Assembly: GCA_963665935.1 (NCBI GenBank)
Contig: OY762510.1
Coordinates: 1,256,347-1,320,346 of the forward strand
DNA: 64,000 nucleotides
Source: an uncultured Syntrophus sp.
GTDB taxonomy: Bacteria > Desulfobacterota > Syntrophia > Syntrophales > Syntrophaceae
Direction: 5' to 3'
The position numbers were made by a program, and so were the translations under genes. Under the pieces are notes generated by a model. It had not been told where the DNA came from. It was given only the letters and a program-made list of their open reading frames with translations, and ran no database searches. Position 1 is the stretch's first letter. Every line of letters begins with the position of its first letter. This document shows, in pieces, positions 28,762-38,924 of this stretch.

Positions 28762-30947
28762 CCGGAGATCTGCTCCGGCGACATGTAACTCGGCGTGCCA
28801 AGGACGGCGCCTGTCTGAGTCTTGGAAGAACTCATCACGCGGGCGATGCCGAAATCAGCGACCCGGATTTCACCGTTCTTCAGGATCATGATATTCGAAG
28901 GCTTGATGTCCCGGTGTACGACGCCGTTTTTGTGGGCATAGTCCAGGGCATTGGCCACCAGGCTTACAATTCGGACGACTTCCGGGATGGGCAGGAGGCT
29001 GTCCCTGCCGCAATATTTCACGAGATCCGTTCCGTCCAGCAGCTCCATCGCCATGTAGGCAAGATCGGAATCTTCCCCCACATCGTAAATGGTGACAATA
29101 TTGGGATGGGACAGTTTTCCCGCCGCTTCGGCTTCCAGGAAAAATCTCTTCTTGGTTTCCAGGAGCCGTTCGTCCTCAATTTCTTCATAGCGCAGGGTCT
29201 TGATCGCCACTTCCCTGTTGATCTTCGGGTCTTTGCCCAGATAAACCGTTCCCATGGCTCCACGCCCGAGTTCCCGGCTGATCTCGTAACGTCCGATGGT
29301 CGGCTTGATCTCGGTATCCTGCAGGATGACGGTATCGTCCTTTTTGCTACCGGCGGGTTGTTGGTTGATGGTGTCTCCCGCCAGTTTCATCCGCTGGATT
29401 CGGTCATTGATATCCTTGAAACTGCCAGCCTGGGCAACGTGATTATAAACCGCAACGGCCTTCGTGAACAGCCGCTTTCTTTCGAAGTCGAGTCCCAGAT
29501 TGTACAGAAGCTCTTTCATGGCCTTGTCCTCAACGGGACACTTCCGGAAGGTTTCAAAGGCCATGTCCAGCATCCCCTGTCCTTGAAAGGAAAGGCCAAG
29601 CATTTTATTGGCTTCCACGCTGTCCGCCTCGATGCTGACCTTTGGCTTTTCCGAAAAGAGATATTTCCGCGAGGCCATAACGAGATAACCGAGGATCAGA
29701 ACCAATGCGGGATAGACAGGTTTTATCCAGTATCCCCGGCCGGCAAGGAGGTAAACGGAGAATCCGGCCCAGAGGATCAGCAGGGTCAGCGAGGCGGCGG
29801 CACTGTAAAGGGGCTTGAGCCTTGAGGTAACCAGGATGACAAAGCATCCGAACAGGACCATACCTGCCAGTTCAAGCCAGACGGCCCATGCAGGCCGCAC
29901 GATGTGCTCCTGGTGAAGAATGTTGTCCACCGTGCTGGCGATTCCGATCCAGGAAGGGGTGTCAGGTCCGGCGGAGGTAGTCTGAAAAGTTCCCAGACCG
30001 GTGGCGTTCAGGACGATGATGACGATCTTGTTTTTAAACAAGGCGGGTCGTACCTTATGATTGAGGACGTCCACAAAGGAATAAATCGGGATATTCCAGT
30101 TGTAGTTGATCAGCATTCGATGCTCATCAAAGGTGGGAATGCGGGCGTTGCCGATTTCTATCCCCTTGTTCAGACGAAGATGGTCAAGGTTGTATTTGAG
30201 AAACTTCAGGGTCAGTTGCAGCGCAAAGGAAGGGTAATAACGATTTTCATAATTGATAAGCAGCGGTTCGCTGCGCACGGCGCCATCCTTATCTGCTGCC
30301 ACGTTGATATGACCGAGGGCCAAAGCAGGTTCCGCGAATTGAGCGATCGGCGAGATCAGCTCCCGGGCGGTCAAACTGGGGGCCGTTGTGTCCAGTCTGA
30401 CCGAGTTCCTGGTTAGATAATCCGGCAGGGCTTCAACGGCTGCGAGGGAGCGTCCCAGGGCAAAGGTTAAAGGCAGAACGACCCGATGGCTCCGGGCAAT
30501 CGATTCAGCCAGCAGGGTATCATTATCCAACCGTCCCTCTGCTTCTTTAAGGCTTGTGTAAAGCTGTCCGCTTCGGATGCCTTTCGCTTCCAATCCGCTG
30601 AGAAGATTCCGGATCTCGGTCAATCCCTGGTTATGGTCATTTTCGGAAAAGGGGATATCGATCCCGATCACTCTGGTTTCATAATCCTGAAGCATGCCGA
30701 CCATCTGGGCGATGTATCCTTTGGACCAGGGCCAGCGGCCAATAGCGGTGATGCTGTTATTATCGATTCCGATGACAACGACATTGGATGCAGGGGCTTT
30801 ATCCCTGAAAGAAGAAACAGTGTCGTAGGCCTTGTATTCCAGCTGTTCCGTTGGGCTCCATTGCAGGGCATAGGCGCCGGCCAGCAGAAGGACGAGAAAA
30901 CAAACAATGCTCAAATCAATAACAATTGAATTTTTAAACCGAAGCAT
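28491..30947 (-). CDS. CHASE2 sensor domain / TM / TPR-like / Hanks-type Ser/Thr protein kinase
   Basis: 818 aa. CHASE2-like VVVIGIDNNSITAIGRWPWSKGYIAQMV...VIGIDIPFSE, followed by three to four TM helices. Kinase motifs are GRGAMGTVY, VAIK, HRDIKPSNIMI, DFGIAR and SPEQ. Confidence 0.88.
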   Translation of the reverse strand: MLRFKNSIVIDLSIVCFLVLLLAGAYALQWSPTEQLEYKAYDTVSSFRDKAPASNVVVIGIDNNSITAIGRWPWSKGYIAQMVGMLQDYETRVIGIDIPFSENDHNQGLTEIRNLLSGLEAKGIRSGQLYTSLKEAEGRLDNDTLLAESIARSHRVVLPLTFALGRSLAAVEALPDYLTRNSVRLDTTAPSLTARELISPIAQFAEPALALGHINVAADKDGAVRSEPLLINYENRYYPSFALQLTLKFLKYNLDHLRLNKGIEIGNARIPTFDEHRMLINYNWNIPIYSFVDVLNHKVRPALFKNKIVIIVLNATGLGTFQTTSAGPDTPSWIGIASTVDNILHQEHIVRPAWAVWLELAGMVLFGCFVILVTSRLKPLYSAAASLTLLILWAGFSVYLLAGRGYWIKPVYPALVLILGYLVMASRKYLFSEKPKVSIEADSVEANKMLGLSFQGQGMLDMAFETFRKCPVEDKAMKELLYNLGLDFERKRLFTKAVAVYNHVAQAGSFKDINDRIQRMKLAGDTINQQPAGSKKDDTVILQDTEIKPTIGRYEISRELGRGAMGTVYLGKDPKINREVAIKTLRYEEIEDERLLETKKRFFLEAEAAGKLSHPNIVTIYDVGEDSDLAYMAMELLDGTDLVKYCGRDSLLPIPEVVRIVSLVANALDYAHKNGVVHRDIKPSNIMILKNGEIRVADFGIARVMSSSKTQTGAVLGTPSYMSPEQISGQKIDGRSDLFSLGVVFYEMLTGEKPFQGDSIGTLMYKITSTNPKPLLERAPHLPELFADILNRAMEKDADKRYQHGGEIVDDLAAYLKI

Positions 30948-31182
30948 AAATCCTCCTGATTATTGCCCCAATCGTTCCTTTTATCGCTGTTTCATGCAAA
31001 ATATGACCCCAGGTATGGGCCGGCACTCCAAAATTTTCACCTTCAGCGCAAAAGATCTGTTTTTTCACAGCAAAATCCGTATGCGCCTGATAAGGGCAAG
31101 GAAAATAATGGGATTCCGGAAGGCGAGAGTTCATGAAAATCTGTAGGTTAACTTAAGGAAAAAAGTCAGGAGAGGGTCATGT

Positions 31183-33009
31183 TCAATGCATCAGGACATT
31201 CAAGTCATGAATGATGGCCTGGTAGTCCTGATATCTGTCATCGGGATTCTTTGCCATCATTTTTCCGATAATATCCGACAGCTCACTGGAAAGGATGGGA
31301 TTTTTCTTCTTCAGGGGGACGAGTTCCTCATTCAGGTGTTTAAACAGGATGGCTTCAACACATTCTCCGTCGAAGGGAGGCACCCCTGCAAAAACGTTGT
31401 AAAATGTAGCCCCTAATGAATATATATCGCTGCGGCAGTCCAATGGCCGACCCATAATGCAATCAGGGGAGGCGAAAAGGGGTGACCCGACCAGACCCTC
31501 GGGTTTTCTTTTTTTGTTGCCGCTGCCGTCATTTACAATGGAAACGCCGAAATCAACGACCTTCAAGATGCCGTTATCGTCGATCATGATGTTTGCGGGC
31601 TTGATATCGCGATGAACGATGTTCTGCCGACTGACAAAATCGAGTGTCCGGCAGATGGTGATGAAGTGTTCCAATCCCTTGGCGGTATTGAGGTTATTGT
31701 GATCCTTGATGAAATCGGCCAAGGTTCCGCCATTGATCAGTTCCATGGCAAAGTAGAGGACATCGTCCATCTGATCGATGTAATAGATTTGTGCGATGTT
31801 GGGATGTGTCAGACGGGAAACCAGGCGCGCCTCCTTGACAAACATATCCCTGTATGACGCAATGGAAGACAGATTGTAAGAGATCACCTTCAAGGCCACA
31901 TTGCGCTCAAGGACAACATCCCATCCTTTAAAAACCCCTCCCATGCCTCCGGCGCCGATAAAGGACACCGCCTTGTAGTTTCCCAGCTGTTTTCCGACAA
32001 GACTGCGATAGAATTTAATTTCCAGCGCCTTTTCGCTTCGGGGTTCACCGAAATTGTTGAAAAGCGGATCGGCTGGGGCAGGCTTGTTGTCATTCATCCG
32101 GATGATCATGTCGGCATTGATTTTTTTCTCAACGGGTATTGCATCGACGATAGGAGATTTTCTGGCAGTGGGCTTCCTGTCGTCTTCCTTCAGGTTGACA
32201 ATGTAATCATATGTTTCAATCCAATCGATGGACTGTTCCGTCTCTACCCCGATCTCTGCCGAAAGCTGATGATTATTGATGGAGATATGCCGAATATGAC
32301 TCTCGATAACGCATGTTCCGGAAGGCAGCGGCACCCTGATGTACAGAACCATCCCGAGCCGTCCGAGCAGGGAGGTCTCGATCAGCAATCCCTGCTTGCT
32401 GATGTTTTTTACCCTGCCAGGCAGCCAGAGAATGGAATCGCGGGATAGTTCAATATTCACTATCTGCTTGGGGATTATTCTTTCGCTTTTCCGACACTCG
32501 ACCGGCGCCGCAGAGACGGCCTCCAAACGTGGGGTAAAAGATTGATGAAGCCCTTCATTCTGCATGACCGAGGTTCTTGCATTGACGGCCTTTGAAGGAA
32601 GCATTTCGCCGATACGGTCGATCAGGACCGTCGGGGTTTCACCGTTCGGGGTATAGACGATGAAATCGGCAGCTCCCATGCCGAATGCCTTACCGGCGCT
32701 CTTTTGATCGTGAATCGGCACAAAAAACACAAAAGGGATCTTTTTCAAGAAGGGAGTGTTCTTGAGAAACTCAAGGAATTCGTATCCGTTGGAATCCTCC
32801 AGCTCGCTGTCGCTGACAATGAGCGCCACAGAATTGTTGGAAAGCAGATTCATGGCGCTGCTCATGGCGGTGGCCGTAAGGACGGGGTATCCAGCCTCGA
32901 GCAGAGATTTGCAGACCGTGTTCAGAAATTTCTTGTCACGGTTGACTAGAAGAATGTAATTTTTAAGGTCCATAGATCTCGATGTGAAGATATCCATTTG
33001 GATGAACAA
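31183..33009 (-). CDS. atypical receiver / PilZ / Hanks-type Ser/Thr kinase fusion
   Basis: 608 aa. The REC-like N-terminus (ALIVSDSELEDSNGYEF) has the conserved Lys-Pro replaced by YTP. The PilZ motifs are RKSER (RxxxR) and NISKQG (NxSxxG). Kinase motifs are GAGGMGGVF, ALKV, HRDIKPANIMI and DFGVS. Confidence 0.8.
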   Translation of the reverse strand: MFIQMDIFTSRSMDLKNYILLVNRDKKFLNTVCKSLLEAGYPVLTATAMSSAMNLLSNNSVALIVSDSELEDSNGYEFLEFLKNTPFLKKIPFVFFVPIHDQKSAGKAFGMGAADFIVYTPNGETPTVLIDRIGEMLPSKAVNARTSVMQNEGLHQSFTPRLEAVSAAPVECRKSERIIPKQIVNIELSRDSILWLPGRVKNISKQGLLIETSLLGRLGMVLYIRVPLPSGTCVIESHIRHISINNHQLSAEIGVETEQSIDWIETYDYIVNLKEDDRKPTARKSPIVDAIPVEKKINADMIIRMNDNKPAPADPLFNNFGEPRSEKALEIKFYRSLVGKQLGNYKAVSFIGAGGMGGVFKGWDVVLERNVALKVISYNLSSIASYRDMFVKEARLVSRLTHPNIAQIYYIDQMDDVLYFAMELINGGTLADFIKDHNNLNTAKGLEHFITICRTLDFVSRQNIVHRDIKPANIMIDDNGILKVVDFGVSIVNDGSGNKKRKPEGLVGSPLFASPDCIMGRPLDCRSDIYSLGATFYNVFAGVPPFDGECVEAILFKHLNEELVPLKKKNPILSSELSDIIGKMMAKNPDDRYQDYQAIIHDLNVLMH

Positions 33010-33054
33010 TACTTTTCAGCGTACAGCGATCCTGTATCGGGCCGTTGAACAAAC

Positions 33055-33915
33055 TCACGACATGGTCATTCTCGGATTGATACAGACATGCAAGGCAAAA
33101 GACTGATCGCCTACTTGAAAGATCAGTACGGCGACAGAGGTGTTCTGCAGATAGCCGATCTGATGGCCGGGGCCGACGACGACCGAAGGCAGTGTGATTT
33201 CAAAATGATAGGGCTTACCGACAAAATCCTTTTTTGTGGAGCCGCTGATCATGTTGATGATTTCACTGACCCCGTCATGAATCAATTCCGCGTCTATTGC
33301 TCCTGCGTCCATCCCCATCATTTTAGCAACAATCGTTTTTGCCAGTTCCCAATAAAAGGTGACCACGAGCGTTCCTTCTGCATTTCCGGAAAGCCCCATG
33401 ATACCGGAAACGTCACCGAATATCCGGATGGTGTTTGAGAAGTAGACTTTCTTGAATTCCACCTCTATTCCCGCCATGGTCTCCATGATATGGCAGGTAT
33501 TTTTGATAAAGGGCTCCAGATATTCAAATTCTTCTGTAAGAGGCTCTCGATTGGGAATCAGGTAGCCGTTGATGATATGTTTGAAGGCCGGCAAGGGATC
33601 TGACAGAGACAGCACTTCCGTTGCTCCGGCGATCATGTAAGGCTGCGACGGGATATCTTTTTTCCGGGCATGGATGAGAATGATGGGGATATTCTGAAAG
33701 TTGCATGCATAGCGAAGTTTGCAGATCTGCTGCACGACGTGTTCCTGATTTTTGCCCATCTCCAGAAGGATCATCTGGTAGCCGTTGAGGGCGATATTGT
33801 CATGAAATGGCTTATATTGAATTTCGTCATTTTCTCCCAACAGCCCGGAAACAACTTTTTCGACCTTTGGGCTGCAATCAATTCCAAGTATTCTCTTCAT
33901 AGAATTAATCTCCAT
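33055..33915 (-). CDS. pseudo-receiver domain fused to a CheX/CheC-like domain
   Basis: 286 aa. The N-terminus is REC-like, but the acidic pocket is DC and the phospho-acceptor position is Glu (MILLEMG). The C-terminus is CheX-like (GDVSGIMGLSGNAEGTLVVTF...ISGSTKKDF). Confidence 0.65.
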   Translation of the reverse strand: MEINSMKRILGIDCSPKVEKVVSGLLGENDEIQYKPFHDNIALNGYQMILLEMGKNQEHVVQQICKLRYACNFQNIPIILIHARKKDIPSQPYMIAGATEVLSLSDPLPAFKHIINGYLIPNREPLTEEFEYLEPFIKNTCHIMETMAGIEVEFKKVYFSNTIRIFGDVSGIMGLSGNAEGTLVVTFYWELAKTIVAKMMGMDAGAIDAELIHDGVSEIINMISGSTKKDFVGKPYHFEITLPSVVVGPGHQIGYLQNTSVAVLIFQVGDQSFALHVCINPRMTMS

Positions 33916-34019
33916 TTTTCTATTTCTGGTAAAAAAAAGCCGGATGGCCTGATGAAATCTGAGGCTTCGATCCTGGTCTAAATGAACTGTATCTGTGAAA
34001 ATAATGTGTGTTTACGATT

Positions 34020-34391
34020 CTAGTGATTATCCAGCACATGATGAATGGCATCCAATAGTTTCTCCGGCGTAAAGGGCTTCGTGAGATAACCCTGGGCACC
34101 GGCACTGAGCGCTTCCTGGATTCTGTCGTCTTCAGACTCCGTTGAGATCATCAACACAGGAATCTTTTTGAAACGATCATCCCTTCGCATTTTTTTTATA
34201 ACGTCAAGGCCGCTCAACATAGGCATATTCCAGTCAAGGAGCACCAAGTTGATCTCGCCGGCGTTGGCTTCCAGAATATTCATGGCTTCCTGACCGTTAC
34301 CGGCCTGAACAGCCTCGAAACCAATCGACGCGGTTGTCTTTTCGATAATACCGCGTATTAAACGTGAATCATCTGCAACGATCGCTTTCAT
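34020..34391 (-). CDS. single-domain response regulator (CheY-like)
   Basis: 123 aa: MKAIVADDSRLIR...NLVLLDWNMPMLSGLD...PVLMISTE...GAQGYLTKPF. Confidence 0.9.
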   Translation of the reverse strand: MKAIVADDSRLIRGIIEKTTASIGFEAVQAGNGQEAMNILEANAGEINLVLLDWNMPMLSGLDVIKKMRRDDRFKKIPVLMISTESEDDRIQEALSAGAQGYLTKPFTPEKLLDAIHHVLDNH

Positions 34392-34935
34392 CCCAATTCC
34401 CCCTTTTGCATGGTATGTTCTCTATTTTACCGCCCCATCGCTCATCGGAATTCTCTTTTTGGATAAGGACCATGAATTGATCGGCATCTCCAGATGAGAC
34501 GATCAGGGAAAAAATTTCCTTATGAATCATTCCGTGTAAAATATCTTTTTCCCATGCTATAACTGTTCCGCGGGCATGAAGCGGGCGAGTGGGGCATGCG
34601 GTCATCGAGCTGAATTGAAATCCATTTCTTCCTCCAATTCCGGGTATGTCTTGGGGTTAACAAAAAAAGGAAATAAGTTGTAAATAAAACTGGATGTATG
34701 ATGGAAATCACATTCGAAAGTCGTGAATAAAAATTAAATGCGTTAAAAAAGTTTTTTTCAGAAAAGAACATAAAGAGAAAGAATGACGCTGAACGTCAAT
34801 AAATAAGTCTGTTCCATCAACTATCTCCGTGCTGTACCGATCCTGCCGGTCAGGAGAAGCTGCCTGAAACATGGGCTGAATATATTCATAAAGTCGTAAA
34901 GCCATTATGGAAGGGTGAAGTAGAGGGAGTCTATC

Positions 34936-35424
34936 ATGAACCGGTGGGAAAACATGATTCCAACAGCATCTTCACTTGAGGAACGGGCTGAATTACTGGA
35001 GCGATGTCAATGGGTTCCGGAATTGAGCTGGCGACAGATCGAGAATCTGGCCCGTTATCTCCAGGGGGCGAAAACGGCAAGGGGTGGTACGGTTATCCGT
35101 GAAGGTTCCCGGGACGCTTTCATGTGCATTGTTGTGGAAGGGAAGGTTCACATCATCAAGGAGAATATTGAAGGAAAGGAAAAGTTGCTTTCTATTGTAA
35201 GCAAGGGGCAGACTTTCGGCGAGATGTCCCTGTTTGATGGGGAACCGCGCTCCGCTTCGGTCAGGGCTGCGGAAGACACGACCATGCTGATCCTGACCCT
35301 GGCGAATCTCCAGCGGCTGATGGAGGAGGCCCCCATCCTCGGAGCAAAAATCCTCTACAAGCTGGGCCGGTTGATGAGTCAGAGGCTGCGGATGACCAGC
35401 GGTAAACTGGTGGATTACATCTGA
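34936..35424 (+). CDS. cyclic-nucleotide-binding domain protein
   Basis: 162 aa with the cNMP-binding signature FGEMSLFDGEPRSASVRA. No DNA-binding domain follows. Confidence 0.85.
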   Translation: MNRWENMIPTASSLEERAELLERCQWVPELSWRQIENLARYLQGAKTARGGTVIREGSRDAFMCIVVEGKVHIIKENIEGKEKLLSIVSKGQTFGEMSLFDGEPRSASVRAAEDTTMLILTLANLQRLMEEAPILGAKILYKLGRLMSQRLRMTSGKLVDYI

Positions 35425-35492
35425 GATCAAATGTCCTCAAGTCTTCCTCCGTTTCTGAATCCCTGGCTGTTCGTCCAGCTTATTCCGAACAC

Positions 35493-35855
35493 TCAGATGC
35501 CGGCCTGGGAAGGAGGCGGAATATTTTTTAGAACGGCATGCAACTCGTCTAAGGGAAAGGGCTTTCTGAAAAAGACATCCGCACCTGCCTCTTTAAACTT
35601 TTTCGCCTCCAGGCAGCCGGTGATTCCGATAATGTACATGTGAGGATATCGGAAACAGACCTGTTTGCACAATTCAAAGCCGGTCATTTCGGGCATTTGA
35701 GCATCGGTTATGACAACATCATAGGGTTTCTGTTGCAGCATTTTCAACGCTTGTCTGCCGTTGTTCGCCTTGCCGGCGGAGTAACCCCAAAAAGTAACGC
35801 TGGATTCCAGCAGATCGACTGTTTCATTGTCATCATCGACGATCAGAATGTTCAT
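35493..35855 (-). CDS. single-domain response regulator
   Basis: 120 aa: MNILIVDDDNETV...DVVITDAQMPEMTGFEL...IIGITG...FFRKPF. Confidence 0.88.
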   Translation of the reverse strand: MNILIVDDDNETVDLLESSVTFWGYSAGKANNGRQALKMLQQKPYDVVITDAQMPEMTGFELCKQVCFRYPHMYIIGITGCLEAKKFKEAGADVFFRKPFPLDELHAVLKNIPPPSQAGI

Positions 35856-36068
35856 GTTTTAGCCCTTGTTTATGAATTTTTTACCGGTCCTTGATGCAGG
35901 AAAAATCCCCTTTATTTCCCTGGGAACTTTTCAGGTCATGTTCCTTTTAAGAGTTGAACCAATAGAATGGCCTTAAAATTTTTCCTATCAAGGAAAGACT
36001 GATTTTAGAGGTTCTATGTCCTTATTTTTTTCTAAGGGAATGGATGAGAGAAGGGGGACTGGCGGAAC

Positions 36069-36944
36069 TTGTCTACTTTAAGTTTCTTTCTTTCCTTAAT
36101 CGCCGCTTTTGGGTTGGCAACGTCCGACGCCCTGACCAAGCGATTCTTCAGCGATCGATCCGCCTATGAGATGGGGCTGATCCGCCTCGCTTATACCCTT
36201 CCCTGGCTGCTTGGCGCATCTTTCTTTGTATCCCCGGCCCAAACGGATACGGTTTTCTGGACTTGCGTGCTGATTGCCCTTCCCCTGGAGGTGCTGGCCT
36301 TTCTGTGTTACATGAAGGCCCTGAAAGTTTCTCCCCTCTCTCTGTCGCTGCCCTTTCTGGCCTTTACGCCCGGTTTCATCCTGCTCACCGGATGGTTTAT
36401 CCTGGGTGAAACAGTCCGTATGGGCGGGCTGGCAGGGATTCTTCTGATCATTGTCGGCTCTTACTGTCTCAATTTATCTTCCTTCAAGCAGGGCGTGTGG
36501 CAGCCTTTTCTGGCCGTTTTCCGGGAGCCGGGATCCCGGCTTATGCTCCTGGTTTCCTTCATCTATGCCTTTACGGCCACGCTCGGGAAGCTGGCGGTTC
36601 TCCACTCCAGCCCCAGTTATTTCGGTATTGTCTATTATCTGATCCTGACGGCCCTGATGTTTGCCGGCTTGGCCTTTTCCGGGAAGAGGCCCGATAAAAT
36701 CCTGCAGACAAGAACTCCCGGGATGGCCTTGGTGCTGGGAGGGACGATGGCGGTGACGATTTTTAGTCATATGCTGGCCATTTCGTTGACCCAGGCGGCT
36801 TACATGATCGCGTTGAAGCGGACCAGTCTCGTCATCGGCGTCCTGTATGGCGCCTGGTGGTTTCGGGAAGAAAAGATCGGAGAAAGGTTGGCGGGGGCTT
36901 TGCTCATGGTGACGGGGGTCCTGCTGATCGGCCTCTTCGGCTAG
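36069..36944 (+). CDS. EamA/DMT-family transporter
   Basis: 291 aa with about 10 hydrophobic helices and an internal two-fold EamA repeat. The start is TTG at 36069, so the start is uncertain. Confidence 0.75.
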   Translation: MSTLSFFLSLIAAFGLATSDALTKRFFSDRSAYEMGLIRLAYTLPWLLGASFFVSPAQTDTVFWTCVLIALPLEVLAFLCYMKALKVSPLSLSLPFLAFTPGFILLTGWFILGETVRMGGLAGILLIIVGSYCLNLSSFKQGVWQPFLAVFREPGSRLMLLVSFIYAFTATLGKLAVLHSSPSYFGIVYYLILTALMFAGLAFSGKRPDKILQTRTPGMALVLGGTMAVTIFSHMLAISLTQAAYMIALKRTSLVIGVLYGAWWFREEKIGERLAGALLMVTGVLLIGLFG

Positions 36945-37012
36945 CCATGCTTCCGGGTCAGGCCGGATTTTCCTCCTCTTCCGGCCTTATCGTCTGCAGG
37001 GTGGTTGCATCT

Positions 37013-37507
37013 TCACAGGTCATAGAGGGTTTCATCGACCCGGGGCTGCGCACGCCGGTTGGTTCCCCGGGTCGTTTTCTGCGCCAGGGCGAACGGTTCT
37101 TCCGAATCCAGCAGATCGCCCATTTCCTGTTCAATCTGTTCCGGATCCTCTCCTCGTTCCATGCGGTTCAGGGCTTCTTCCATCCCGCTTCCCAACTGCA
37201 GCCCGGTCATATCGGACAGTTTCCGCATCAGGTGAACCGCCTGACGGGGATCCTCTTCATCGATTCCATCCATTTCGCTGGCCAGCATGTTCATAGCCTT
37301 TTCCATCCGGCCTTCGTCAAGAGGAGGCATATCCTCACTTCCCGGTTCCTCTTTACCGCGGGTTATTTTGGCAAACACCGACATCTGGCGTTTCAGGGGA
37401 ACCGTTTTGCAGGTGGGGCAGTTGGGGATCTTTTCCGTGTTGACCGTACGGGAAAAAAAATTATAAACGGTATTGCACTGCTGACAGTAAAATTCATAAA
37501 TCGGCAT
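37013..37507 (-). CDS. FmdB-family zinc-ribbon protein with an acidic C-terminal extension
   Basis: MPIYEFYCQQCNTVYNFFSRTVNTEKIPNCPTCK is the CxxC...CxxC FmdB signature. Confidence 0.8.
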   Translation of the reverse strand: MPIYEFYCQQCNTVYNFFSRTVNTEKIPNCPTCKTVPLKRQMSVFAKITRGKEEPGSEDMPPLDEGRMEKAMNMLASEMDGIDEEDPRQAVHLMRKLSDMTGLQLGSGMEEALNRMERGEDPEQIEQEMGDLLDSEEPFALAQKTTRGTNRRAQPRVDETLYDL

Positions 37508-37667
37508 AATCTATCCTCACCTCAAGGCAATTCTAAAATATTCTATTCATTTCCCAAGAAAAATCAAGTTCATGAAAGTCTTTCCCTCATCTGTGGCTTG
37601 TTGCCGGCAATCGGGTCTCCCCTTTCGCTTTTGTTTCTGCCGGGTACGAGCGCGTCTTTGCCGGCTT

Positions 37668-38924
37668 TCACTTCGGTGAAGTCAGCAGGCGGCCGATCCG
37701 TTCCAGCAGGGGGGGGTGAGAATAGTAGAACCGGACGTAAAGCGGATGGGGGAAGAGATTGGATAGATTATCCTTGGCAAGACGTTTCAGGGCCGAAATC
37801 ATGGGGGTTGCCGTACCGATAAGGGTTCGGCTGTAGTCGTCCGCTTCCCGCTCAAATCGGCGAAGCACCGCAGCGCCGAGGGGATTCAAGAAAAAGAAAA
37901 AGGGGCCCACCAGGATTCCGATGATCAGCAGTCCGGCATAAGTCACAGGCTGAGGAAAGCCGAAGGTGGCATAGAGGAGGGGCCAGGAAAGCAGGAGGGA
38001 AAAGAGATAAAATAATCCCAGCGAGGCTACTTCCATGAAGATCAACTGCTTGAGGATGTGCCTCTTTGTCCAGTGCCCGATTTCGTGTGCCAGGACGGCC
38101 AGGATCTCCTCCGGTGGGGAGGACGCCAGGAGGGTGTCGTACAGGACAATGCGCCGGGTTTTTCCCAGACCGGTGAAGTACGCGTTGGTGTGACGGCTCC
38201 GTTTGCCTTCATCAACCTGATAAATCCCGGATACCTCCAGGCCGGCCCGATTCGCCAGATCCATTACGGCCTCTCTCAGGTTCGTGTCCTGAATCGGTTC
38301 GTAACGGTTGAAGAGGGGGGCAATGACCACCGGGTAAAGCCAGAGCATCAACAATTGGAAGGAGGCAAACAACAGCCAGGACCAGATCCACCAGGATTCT
38401 TCTGCATAGTGGATCAGCGATAGAAAGGCCCCCCCCAGCAGGCCCATCAGAATCGTGGAAACGACGAGGCTTTTCAGGAGGTCCGTCACCCAGAGCCGGA
38501 AGGTCATGGTGCTGAATCCGTAACGTTTTTCAATTCCGAAGGTGCGGTAAAGATCGAAGGGGATGCCGACGATGCCGCTGGCCAAGGCCAGGAAGCCGAA
38601 GAAGAGCAGACCGGACGGGACAAAGGGAAGTTTCCAGCCGGCAAGAAGGCCCGTCAGCCAAGGTAAAAGGCCGGTGAGGAGAACCGCCAGCGTGATCAGA
38701 TCATCCACAATTTCCTCAAAGGTGGTGAACCGGGATGACGTCACTGTATAATCCGTCATTCGGGAAAGGGTCGCCTCATCGATTTCGTCACGAAGCATTT
38801 CCGGTACTTGTCGTCCATGACGCTGCAGATGACGGATATTGAACAGAGTCAAAAGCTCTCGAAGGAGAACGCGGAGAAGGAAAAAAGTCAGAAAGATCAA
38901 CAACAAGCTATTGAATGAAACCAT
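37668..38924 (-). CDS. M48-family zinc metalloprotease (Ste24/HtpX-like)
   Basis: Carries HEIGHW (HExxH) and multiple TM helices. I prefer the ATG at 38924 (MVSFNSLLLIFLTFF), preceded by GGGGGA, over the track start at 39059. Confidence 0.85.
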   Translation of the reverse strand: MVSFNSLLLIFLTFFLLRVLLRELLTLFNIRHLQRHGRQVPEMLRDEIDEATLSRMTDYTVTSSRFTTFEEIVDDLITLAVLLTGLLPWLTGLLAGWKLPFVPSGLLFFGFLALASGIVGIPFDLYRTFGIEKRYGFSTMTFRLWVTDLLKSLVVSTILMGLLGGAFLSLIHYAEESWWIWSWLLFASFQLLMLWLYPVVIAPLFNRYEPIQDTNLREAVMDLANRAGLEVSGIYQVDEGKRSRHTNAYFTGLGKTRRIVLYDTLLASSPPEEILAVLAHEIGHWTKRHILKQLIFMEVASLGLFYLFSLLLSWPLLYATFGFPQPVTYAGLLIIGILVGPFFFFLNPLGAAVLRRFEREADDYSRTLIGTATPMISALKRLAKDNLSNLFPHPLYVRFYYSHPPLLERIGRLLTSPK

